Position numbers and translations under genes: made by a program | In this document: piece after piece, positions 31,442 through 39,007 of the stretch | Position numbering within the stretch: position 1 is the stretch's first letter | Layout: each line of letters starts with the position of its first letter | Notes under the pieces: generated by a model | What the model saw: only the letters and a program-made list of their open reading frames with translations | Databases searched by the model: none | Told to the model about the DNA's origin: nothing | NCBI GenBank assembly: GCA_007120165.1 | Contig: SKOH01000087.1 | Location: 1,167 to 65,166, forward strand | Origin: Clostridiales bacterium | GTDB taxonomy: Bacteria > Bacillota > Clostridia > Peptostreptococcales > T1SED10-28 | Reading direction: 5' to 3' | DNA: 64,000 nt

Positions 31442-31885
31442 TTATCGGTTCGCTGCCCTATCCTTCAGCTCTCTGCTCCCGTTAGCCGATTGGTCATTCA
31501 GCTCTTCCATCACCCTTAGCCTGCCGGGGTTTTGAACGCTCAGAAACAAAATTTCCTTAAGAAAAGCACACCCTTTATTCGTGTAGATCCGGCAGTTGCT
31601 ATGACAGTTTTTACCCGCCTGCGCAACGGTTAGGATGACTTCTTCAGCGGCTAACCGATCTCCCGGTTTTAGGGCGGGGAGGTTACCCTCGGGGGGGGTG
31701 TCCCATACAATATTTGCCTTGAATATCCCATGGCAAAACCCGGTTCTTTTACGGTCAATATCGCTTTCGATGATTTCTTTTCCCCGAAGGGTAATCAGCG
31801 AAACCGTTTCCGCTGCTTTCAGCATCAGCTCTTTCCGGTCCTCCCAGCGGCCTTCGGTTTTCGATTGAAGTTTTAATATCTTCAT
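31442..31885 (-). CDS. Divergent MOSC-domain-like protein
   Basis: C-terminal half matches the clostridial MOSC pattern (FKANI...LKPGDRL...VILTVAQAGKNCHSNCRIY...C). Translationally adjacent to moaA. Confidence 0.6.
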   Translation of the reverse strand: MKILKLQSKTEGRWEDRKELMLKAAETVSLITLRGKEIIESDIDRKRTGFCHGIFKANIVWDTPPEGNLPALKPGDRLAAEEVILTVAQAGKNCHSNCRIYTNKGCAFLKEILFLSVQNPGRLRVMEELNDQSANGSRELKDRAANR

Positions 31886-31887
31886 GA

Positions 31888-32850
31888 TCAGCCTCCGATT
31901 TGAGACATGTTCCGGGTGATGATTTCATACTCCTCGGTATCCAGATAATGTTTTTCCGGTTTCGATACGATCGCTTCCGTGAGCAGTTTTTTTAAGGATC
32001 CTTCGTTATTTCGAAGGGCCGGAAGAAGATCAATTTCCTGGCTGCTGTGCAGGCAGGGCTTTAGTTTCCCGTCAAAGGTAACCCTTAAGCGATTACACTC
32101 CCCGCAAAAATGACTGGAAATCGGATCGATAAAGCCCACTCGGCCTTTTGCCTCGGGCAGTTTGAAATATTTCGCAGGACTTCCGATCTCCTGATTCAGC
32201 GGAAGAAGCTCGGGAACCCGGGATCTTACCTCTTCATTGGAAATAAAATGTTCCTTAGACCAGGAACTGGCCTGTCCAATGGGCATCAGTTCAATAAACC
32301 GTACATCAATGGGATATATTTTCGTCAGATTCATCAGTTTCAAAATATCTTCTTCATTTTCCCCGCCTACAATTACGGTGTTCAGCTTCACCGGCACCAG
32401 TCCCAGCGTCAATGCTTCTTCAATTCCTTCCAGCACCTGCTGTACTTCTCCCCCCCGGGTAATTTTCCGGTATTTGTCGGGATCCAGGGAATCGATGCTG
32501 ATATTGACTCGATTGAGTCCTGCTTTTTTCAGGTCTTTTCCGTATTTTTTCAGCAGCAGACCATTGGTGGTCATAGCCACGTCTTCAATGCCTTCAATAC
32601 CGGAAATTCCCTCGACCAAATCGATAATACCCTTTCTTACCAGGGGCTCCCCTCCGGTGATGCGCACCTTTCGTATTCCCAGGGCCGCACTTTCTTTTGC
32701 GATGGTTATGATCTCTTCAATACTCAATACATCCCCGTGCTGAATCTTCTCCACCCCGGCTTCCGGCATGCAGTATTTACAACGGAGATTGCAAAGGTCC
32801 GTTACGGAAATTCGAAGGTAGTTTATATTTCTTCTATAGGTATCCTTCAT
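31888..32850 (-). CDS. moaA: GTP 3',8-cyclase MoaA
   Basis: YLRISVTDLCNLRCKYCMP, RITGGEPL, C-terminal FCGECNRLR...KPCL. Confidence 0.96.
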   Translation of the reverse strand: MKDTYRRNINYLRISVTDLCNLRCKYCMPEAGVEKIQHGDVLSIEEIITIAKESAALGIRKVRITGGEPLVRKGIIDLVEGISGIEGIEDVAMTTNGLLLKKYGKDLKKAGLNRVNISIDSLDPDKYRKITRGGEVQQVLEGIEEALTLGLVPVKLNTVIVGGENEEDILKLMNLTKIYPIDVRFIELMPIGQASSWSKEHFISNEEVRSRVPELLPLNQEIGSPAKYFKLPEAKGRVGFIDPISSHFCGECNRLRVTFDGKLKPCLHSSQEIDLLPALRNNEGSLKKLLTEAIVSKPEKHYLDTEEYEIITRNMSQIGG

Positions 32851-32864
32851 AGTATCGCTCCATT

Positions 32865-33665
32865 CTACATTGCCTTTCGGCTGACTCGTTTGCCTCCATG
32901 ATAGATATTCATACGGTTCCCCCGGGCAAAACCGATCAGGGTGATGTCCAAATCTTTGGCTATATTAATCGAAAGCTCCGTCGGTGCCGATCGGGACACG
33001 ATAATCGGAATGGCTTTTTTGGCAGCTTTGATAATCATCTCCGAGGACAGCCTTCCGCTGGTAATCAGAATTTTATCCTTTAATTCTATACCCTTGGAAA
33101 AAGCCTCGCCGATAATCTTATCCAGCGCATTGTGCCTTCCAATATCTTCATGGAAAAACAGGATCTTCTCCCTGTTTCCAAGAGCACAAAAATGCACGCC
33201 TCCGGTTTCTTTAAAAAGAGCGGACATTTGATTCAGCTTTCTGGAAAGGTTTAAAATATGCTGATAATCATAGATTATATCTTCATTGATTTTTTTGCTG
33301 CCCAGGGAGTCCAATACATTATAAAAAACCGTTCCTTTTCCGCAACCGGTGGTTACGGTTCGTTTTCCATAAAGCTTTTGTTTTAAGTCGGTTTTGTTGT
33401 TTAACTGCAAATGAATATGACCGGCGTCTTCCTCCACGGCAACCTTTCCCACATGGGATTTTTCAGCAATCATTCCTTCGGATATTAAAAAACCCAGCGC
33501 CAGATAAGTAAGCCCCTCTGAAGAATCCGGTGAACAGAGTAAAGTGATGAATTCTTCCCCGTTTAAATAAATCGTTAAGGGATACTCCATGACTACCTGG
33601 TCTTCCATCTCCTCCATCTGCCCTTCTTTTATCTGCTGTATCCGAATTTTTTTGGTTCGCTCCAT
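32865..33665 (-). CDS. fdhD: Formate dehydrogenase accessory sulfurtransferase FdhD
   Basis: TTGCGKG, FKETGGVHFCAL, EDIGRHNALDK, SGRLSSEM, SRSAPT. Confidence 0.94.
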   Translation of the reverse strand: MERTKKIRIQQIKEGQMEEMEDQVVMEYPLTIYLNGEEFITLLCSPDSSEGLTYLALGFLISEGMIAEKSHVGKVAVEEDAGHIHLQLNNKTDLKQKLYGKRTVTTGCGKGTVFYNVLDSLGSKKINEDIIYDYQHILNLSRKLNQMSALFKETGGVHFCALGNREKILFFHEDIGRHNALDKIIGEAFSKGIELKDKILITSGRLSSEMIIKAAKKAIPIIVSRSAPTELSINIAKDLDITLIGFARGNRMNIYHGGKRVSRKAM

Positions 33666-33703
33666 GCTCTTCCCCCCAACCTTTCCCTTCGTCGCCCTTC
33701 CCG

Positions 33704-33889
33704 TTACCAGTTTTTATCTTTGTATTTTTGATAAACCGCAGAGTGCAGCGAGACCAGGATTCCTAAAAACAGATAAACCACCAATCCCTCGATGAATTGT
33801 ACCCCGACGGTTGCTATAATCAAAAAAGGGATGACGGTGATAAAAAAAACCTTTTTATTAAAACGCTGAAATTTTTCTTTGATTTTCAT
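33704..33889 (-). CDS. Small hypothetical membrane protein (two hydrophobic segments) heading the fdhD-moaA unit
   Basis: 61 aa, AGGAG RBS, co-oriented with fdhD. Confidence 0.55.
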   Translation of the reverse strand: MKIKEKFQRFNKKVFFITVIPFLIIATVGVQFIEGLVVYLFLGILVSLHSAVYQKYKDKNW

Positions 33890-34292
33890 TGATCCTTCTC
33901 CTTTAATAAAACCTGTTATGTTCTTTTTTCCGTTATGCTTATTTTAACATAGAAACCATAAAAAAAGCCATGTTTCAGATGGATTTCTTTCTGAACCGCG
34001 GCTTTCATTCTTCAGGGCAAAGGGGATTATTGTCTGTTTTTTATCAATAACTCTCTCCTTCAGTACGATTTTTATAACGCTGCCCCTCTTTCTATGGAAT
34101 TACTGCCTTCCCCAGGAAATTTTCCTCTCATTCTCAACGCCCCATTCTCCCCTTCTCCCCCTATTTCCCAGGATTTTGCCAAATGGCAATCCCTTTTCGA
34201 ATCCCGTCTCCATTACTACACAATGTGAAGGTTTGTGTTATAATATTATTGCTAAGGTCCGTTTAAACTCAGGGGGAAAGGAAGTCTTTATC

Positions 34293-35183
34293 ATGAACTT
34301 ACAGAACTTAAAATCATTTTATACCACGGTAAAACTCAATAGCATTTCAAAGGCAGCAAAAGAGCTGCATCTTACCCAGCCCGGTTTGAGTATGCAGCTT
34401 CAAGCCTTGGAAAAAGAACTGGATTCCAATCTTTTAATCCGCAGCAATCGGGGAGTGGAGCTTACCGAAGCGGGAAAAATTCTCTTTGATTATGCCGATA
34501 CCCTTCTTTCGCTTCAAAGCAACATCCAGCGGGATTTGAGCAATTTTAAAACCTCTACAAAGGAGCTGTTTTTAGGGGCCTGTAAATCCATCGGGGAGCA
34601 TGCCCTACCCTGCAGTATTTATATTTTCAAGCAGCAGCATCAGGACATCATGATCAATTTCAATACCTATAACTCTCAGGAAGTAATCACCCGGCTTAAG
34701 GACAAATCCATTAATCTCGGAATCATCCAGGAGGACCTCTCCCAGGAGGGAATTGTTACCGAACTAATTGGTGAAGATCCTCTGCTGCTGGTTACTTCTT
34801 CGGCAAATCATAAGAAAGAGCTTTCTCTGGAAGAATTATTAACGGTGCCCCTGATTTCCCGGGAAAAGGGTTCCGGCACCCAGCGAGCCATCGAAAAAGC
34901 ATTACACAAACACGGCGTTAAAAGCGAAGACTTAAATATTATGTACCGGTTAAATTCCATGGAAGCGATTAAAAGCTCTGTGGTATCAGGTAAAGGGATG
35001 GCTTTTATCCCCAAATTAACCATTGAGCGGGAACTGTATGAGGGGACGCTGCAGGTAATCGACGTGAAGGACCTGACCATTAACAGCAGTTATTACATTG
35101 CTTATCGGGAAAAACAGCCGCTTTCGATTCATGAAGAGGCCTTTAAGAAGTTTCTAAAATCCTCGGAGCGAGGCTTTTGTTAG
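34293..35183 (+). CDS. LysR-family regulator resembling the selenium-metabolism-associated/CysL type
   Basis: MNLQNLKSF...SISKAAKELHLTQPGLSMQLQALE; REKGSGTQ; SMEAIKSSV..GKGMAF. Start placed at ATG 34293; the track's upstream extension covers the promoter (TGTGTTATAAT). Confidence 0.85.
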   Translation: MNLQNLKSFYTTVKLNSISKAAKELHLTQPGLSMQLQALEKELDSNLLIRSNRGVELTEAGKILFDYADTLLSLQSNIQRDLSNFKTSTKELFLGACKSIGEHALPCSIYIFKQQHQDIMINFNTYNSQEVITRLKDKSINLGIIQEDLSQEGIVTELIGEDPLLLVTSSANHKKELSLEELLTVPLISREKGSGTQRAIEKALHKHGVKSEDLNIMYRLNSMEAIKSSVVSGKGMAFIPKLTIERELYEGTLQVIDVKDLTINSSYYIAYREKQPLSIHEEAFKKFLKSSERGFC

Positions 35184-35203
35184 CGTGAAATTTATCAGAC
35201 TGT

Positions 35204-35238
35204 AAAAGGACCCTTTAAAGTTTTTAAAGGATCCTTTT
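35204..35238. terminator. Bidirectional terminator between lysR and the yeeE unit
   Basis: AAAAGGA-C-CCTTTAAA-GTT-TTTAAAGG-A-TCCTTTT. Confidence 0.75.
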
Positions 35239-35239
35239 T

Positions 35240-35758
35240 TCATACCATATAACGCATCATGATCCTCGAACCGATCACCCCTCCGGCCCCCATTGACAGG
35301 GCAAACACCCAGCCATGGAGGGAAAATGAGGGAATTGCGCTGAAAAAAGCGCCGATATTGCATCCAAAGGCAAGTCTTGCCCCATACCCCATCAGCAGTC
35401 CCCCGAAAATTGCAAAACCCACCTGTTTGGGGTTTTTAATTCGGCGCCATTTAAACTCACTGCTGATCAGTACCGATAATAGAGCGCCCAGCAGTACGGC
35501 CGCATTTAAAATACTGACGGAGTTTACTAAAAAAGTTTCCCCTCCCGCGAGTCCCCCATGCAGTGCAAAGTAACTGCCGGTGAAATCGTTATAGCCCAGT
35601 TTTTCCAGAATCCACATTCCCCAGTACAAAAATCCGGAAGTAACCCGCCAGGGAGAGCCGGTAAGGATCAGCAAGGAGATATTCAAAAGGCTCAGAACAA
35701 TGGCTGCCACCCAGTAGGGCCAGGGGGCTTTGAGAACTTTATGATACAGTTTATCCAT
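35240..35758 (-). CDS. YeeE/YedE (TsuA-like) sulfur/selenium transporter, C-terminal-half polypeptide
   Basis: PWRVTSG and GYGARLAFGCNIGAFFS motifs. ATG 35758 overlaps the tusA stop and follows AAGGTGGT. Confidence 0.82.
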   Translation of the reverse strand: MDKLYHKVLKAPWPYWVAAIVLSLLNISLLILTGSPWRVTSGFLYWGMWILEKLGYNDFTGSYFALHGGLAGGETFLVNSVSILNAAVLLGALLSVLISSEFKWRRIKNPKQVGFAIFGGLLMGYGARLAFGCNIGAFFSAIPSFSLHGWVFALSMGAGGVIGSRIMMRYMV

Positions 35759-35987
35759 CGGATACCACCTTTTCAATATAAATTTCCCACTCTCCCTTCC
35801 CCACTTCTATATAATCCATTTTATGCCCCTGCTTATCCACCCATTCAATGACATTGGTAATCGAGCAGTTATGGTCGGTTTTCATAATCAGCAAATCTCC
35901 CGCCTTCATTTTATTCAGTTTTTTCAATGCTTTCAGCAGTGGAATCGGACAAGGCTCGTACAAGCAGTCTAAAAATTCTTCCTTCAT
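35751..35987 (-). CDS. TusA/YeeD (TsuB)-family sulfur carrier
   Basis: LDCLYEPCPIPLLKA (CPxP) motif; about 78 aa. Confidence 0.88.
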   Translation of the reverse strand: MKEEFLDCLYEPCPIPLLKALKKLNKMKAGDLLIMKTDHNCSITNVIEWVDKQGHKMDYIEVGKGEWEIYIEKVVSDG

Positions 35988-36021
35988 ATGTTTCACCCCT
36001 CTCACCTTCTATACATATGGT

Positions 36022-36708
36022 TTATCTCATTTTTCCAAGTTTTCTAGCCGCCGCAAATAATATCCCTAAAACCGACAACTGCAGGATAAGTGCCGGGAAA
36101 AAACCGATAAGTTGAGGCAGATAAATTACGGTTCTGCCTTCAATCAGTAAATCGTGCCAAAAGGGATAATGAAAAACCCCGGAAAGTACCGAGCCGCCGA
36201 CAAAAGCCCCGAGGACCACTATCTGAAGAGTGAACCCTTCGCCGATCCTCATTAATGTTCCGGAAGCGCAGCCCCCGGCGATTACCATCCCCGTCCCAAA
36301 GAGAATGCCCCCGATAACGGTGTTCCATCCCACGGGCCTTAGGCTGCCCGGAATTTCACTAATTTGAAAGTTATTAATATCCACCGTTACGATCTGCAGG
36401 ATAAAAAATCCCAAGGTCGAGACCATCAATGCCAAAATTACCGCCTGCAGCAGCTTGGTTGTTCCCACAATCAAGGGGTTTCGAACGGCTGCAGCAAAAC
36501 AAAACCGGGAACGTTCCAATGTAAATCCCAGCATAATTCCTATGGGAAAAACCCACATATACGGCGATTGATTGACCAGCAACGCCGTGGATAGTAAGAT
36601 GACTGCTGCAAGCAGCAGCCACGCATAAAGATTTTGGTTCCGGTTTGTCATTTGATTTCGTTCTTTTTCCCGCCTTTTTTTCAAGGCTTCAATCCGTTCA
36701 GAGGTCAT
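36022..36708 (-). CDS. YeeE/YedE (TsuA-like) transporter, N-terminal-half polypeptide
   Basis: GFTLERSRFCF and GGILFGTGMVIAGGCASGTLMRIGEG motifs. Confidence 0.85.
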   Translation of the reverse strand: MTSERIEALKKRREKERNQMTNRNQNLYAWLLLAAVILLSTALLVNQSPYMWVFPIGIMLGFTLERSRFCFAAAVRNPLIVGTTKLLQAVILALMVSTLGFFILQIVTVDINNFQISEIPGSLRPVGWNTVIGGILFGTGMVIAGGCASGTLMRIGEGFTLQIVVLGAFVGGSVLSGVFHYPFWHDLLIEGRTVIYLPQLIGFFPALILQLSVLGILFAAARKLGKMR

Positions 36709-36774
36709 ACGGTCCCCCCCTTCTGTATTTGTTTCAATAGCTGCCTATTCAATGGCGCTTGAATAGAGAGTTCT

Positions 36775-36810
36775 AAAAAAAGCCCTCCTTGGATGAAAGA
36801 GTGCTTTTTT
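36775..36810 (-). terminator. Probable terminator after tatC
   Basis: AAAAAAGC...CTC-loop-GAG..GCTTTTTT imperfect inverted repeat. Confidence 0.55.
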
Positions 36811-36813
36811 GTC

Positions 36814-37551
36814 CTATTGCTGTTCATCCTCTATTACAATCTCCTTTTCTTTCTTTCGGTAAATAACCGATGAAATGAGAATACTCAATTCAAATAAAAC
36901 CATCATCGGACCGGCCAGAAGCATTTGAGAAATAATGTCCGGCGGCGTAAGGATGGAGGATAGAACCACCACGCCCAGCAGTACAAACTTTCGAAATTTC
37001 CGAAGGGTTTTCGGCTGCACCAGGTTGAATTTGGTCAGCAGCAGCACCAGCATGGGCAGTTCAAAGGCCACACCGAAGGCCAGAAGAATGGATGTGATAA
37101 AGCCGATGTAGCTGGTAAATGAAAATAAGGGCTGTACCTGGTCCGTAGCCATTCCTGCAAAGAAGGCAATACTCAGCGGCAGTATTAATACGTAGGCAAA
37201 AACGATGCCCCCTACAAAAAAGAAGGTGCCGAAGAATACGGACAAAAATAAAAATATTTTTTGCTTTTTTTCAATCCCCGGCACGATAAAGGCCCAGATC
37301 TGATAAAATATAATCGGTAATGCCCCCACCAGTCCTGTCAGTAAGGCTACCTTGATATGGGCCATTAAAAGTTCCGGCGGACTCAGATAGATAAAATCCA
37401 CCTCGCCTCCGGGACGAAGAATCAGACGTTGAATTTCCTCAATAAAATAAAATGCAATTCCTGATGCCCCGAAAAGAGACAGCATAATGATGATAATTCT
37501 TTTTCTTAATTCGGTTAAGTGTCCAACCAGTGTTAATCCTTCTTCATTCAC
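36814..37551 (-). CDS. tatC: Twin-arginine translocase subunit TatC
   Basis: HLTELRKR, YQIWAFIVPG, AFELP, LTPPDIISQMLLAGPM..LFE. GTG start behind GGGAGG. Confidence 0.93.
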   Translation of the reverse strand: MNEEGLTLVGHLTELRKRIIIIMLSLFGASGIAFYFIEEIQRLILRPGGEVDFIYLSPPELLMAHIKVALLTGLVGALPIIFYQIWAFIVPGIEKKQKIFLFLSVFFGTFFFVGGIVFAYVLILPLSIAFFAGMATDQVQPLFSFTSYIGFITSILLAFGVAFELPMLVLLLTKFNLVQPKTLRKFRKFVLLGVVVLSSILTPPDIISQMLLAGPMMVLFELSILISSVIYRKKEKEIVIEDEQQ

Positions 37552-37616
37552 TGAAGGTGCCTCCCTTAGCACAAATGCTTTTATCGTTTCAACTGCTTCC
37601 TTACTGCTTTAGCTGC

Positions 37617-37922
37617 TTATTTCCTATTTTCTTTCGGAGGTTCTTTCTGCTTTACTTCTTCCGATACCGGCTCGATCTTCTCTTCCTCGGTTTTATCAGC
37701 GGTTTGCAAGTTTGTCTGCTGCTCTTTTGTCTGCTGCTCTTTTGTCTGCTGCTCTTTTGTTTGTTCTCCATCACCCATCAGATTGCTGGTTTCTTTTTTG
37801 AACTCCCTTAAACCCTTCCCTACGGCTTTGCCGATCTCGGGAATTTTTGCAGGACCAAAAATCACTAAGGCGATCACCAATATCACTGCCAACTCCAAAA
37901 AACCTATTCTTCCACCCAACAT
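37617..37922 (-). CDS. tatA: Twin-arginine translocase subunit TatA
   Basis: IGFLELAVILVIALVIFGPAKIPEIGKAVGKGLREFKK. Start placed at ATG 37922 behind GGAGGAG. Confidence 0.93.
   Translation of the reverse strand: MLGGRIGFLELAVILVIALVIFGPAKIPEIGKAVGKGLREFKKETSNLMGDGEQTKEQQTKEQQTKEQQTNLQTADKTEEEKIEPVSEEVKQKEPPKENRK
37711..37755. repeat. Three perfect 15-bp tandem repeats in tatA (TKEQQ-type peptide repeat)
   Basis: (TTTGTCTGCTGCTCT)x3. Confidence 0.9.
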
Positions 37923-38103
37923 GTTTACTCCTCCTAAAATGTATTCCCCATTCATAATAAACTTATCATTGTTAAACCTTACTCTTCCATTGATAAAATT
38001 ATAACATATTATTATCAGGAATAATTCTCTTTTTCCTGTACATGTTAAAATGTTATAGTCCATAATGTTTGGTTATGCGCTCTGCGATCCGTTTCTTTTC
38101 TCC

Positions 38104-38976
38104 TTATAATCTCCGGTACCGCTCCTTCAGGCAGTACTTTTCCGTATCGGCCAAAACTTCTTCGATTTGACGCAGCAGATTACTTTTCTCCTTCGGAAGG
38201 GTGCCTTCCAAAGCCACATAGTTTGATGGATGATTGCTCCGAAAAACCGTATGGTTCAGTTCCAGTTCTTCAATCATTTTATGGGTTTCGACTAATACTT
38301 CCATGGGGGTTAACAGCTGAAAGGCTCCGCTTTCTACCTCGCTGTAGAGTTCTGTACCTTCCTGAATGAGCAGGGTCAGCAGGGCGAGATAATCCGGCTG
38401 GATGGCATTGATAACCTTCGCTGAATCCACGGCGTGCTGCTGCCATAACGCTATTCCCCCAAGACCGGATATTACCGTAACGGAAAGTGTAAAGCCTGCA
38501 GCCTTTGCCTTTTTCCCCGCTTCAATCATTTCCTCCCGGCTCACTCCTTTTTGGACCCTTTGCAATACCCTGCTGCTGCCGGATTCTATTCCGAGATAGA
38601 GCATCCCAAGCCCTAAACCCTTAAGTTCTTCCAGCTCCTCAGGGGTTTTTCTTAAAATATCCTTTGGTGCGCTGTAGGCTGAGACCCTTTTGCATTCAGG
38701 GAAAAGCCTGCTGATTTCCGCCAGAATTTCCCTTAAACTCTCCAAGGGCAGGGCCAGTGCATTTCCGTCAGCCAGGAAAATCTTTTCAACAAACCGGTGA
38801 TCCTTCCGTGCCCTTTGCAAATCCTGAAGGATTTCATCAACTTTACGGATCCGGAATTCTTTATCTTTATACATTCCGCAAAAACTGCATTGATTATGGG
38901 AACAGCCGATACTCACCTGCAGAATTAAACTATAGGCTTCACTGGGGGGCCGATATATCTGTCCTTCATACTTCAT
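38104..38976 (-). CDS. Radical SAM protein of unknown function
   Basis: YRPPSEAYSLILQVSIGCSHNQCSFCGMY (CX4CX2C), FLADGNAL, YLGIESG. Confidence 0.85.
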   Translation of the reverse strand: MKYEGQIYRPPSEAYSLILQVSIGCSHNQCSFCGMYKDKEFRIRKVDEILQDLQRARKDHRFVEKIFLADGNALALPLESLREILAEISRLFPECKRVSAYSAPKDILRKTPEELEELKGLGLGMLYLGIESGSSRVLQRVQKGVSREEMIEAGKKAKAAGFTLSVTVISGLGGIALWQQHAVDSAKVINAIQPDYLALLTLLIQEGTELYSEVESGAFQLLTPMEVLVETHKMIEELELNHTVFRSNHPSNYVALEGTLPKEKSNLLRQIEEVLADTEKYCLKERYRRL

Positions 38977-39007
38977 AAACTCATCTCTCCTATACTCATT
39001 ACTATCT

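Noticed and set aside
33890-34292. Moco/Wco riboswitch or leader peptide in the 400-bp fdhD/lysR divergent region
   Set aside because: I found only one imperfect hairpin (about 33965-34005) and purine/pyrimidine-rich tracts, with no motif match and no ORF with an RBS. The track's 34176 start is an extension across the lysR promoter.
35240-35242. UGA ending the YeeE C-terminal half, followed by a hairpin, as a second Sec codon
   Set aside because: The hairpin is an AT-rich bidirectional terminator, the protein ends where the family ends, and the position is not a conserved Cys.
36660-36708. KKRREK in the YeeE N-terminal half as a Tat signal
   Set aside because: It lacks the S/T-RR-x-F-L-K hydrophobic positions and looks like a positive-inside cytoplasmic tail.
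37711-37760. Short tandem repeats here and at 62476-62549 as CRISPR arrays
   Set aside because: There are no spacers, the units are 9-15 bp, and no cas genes are present.
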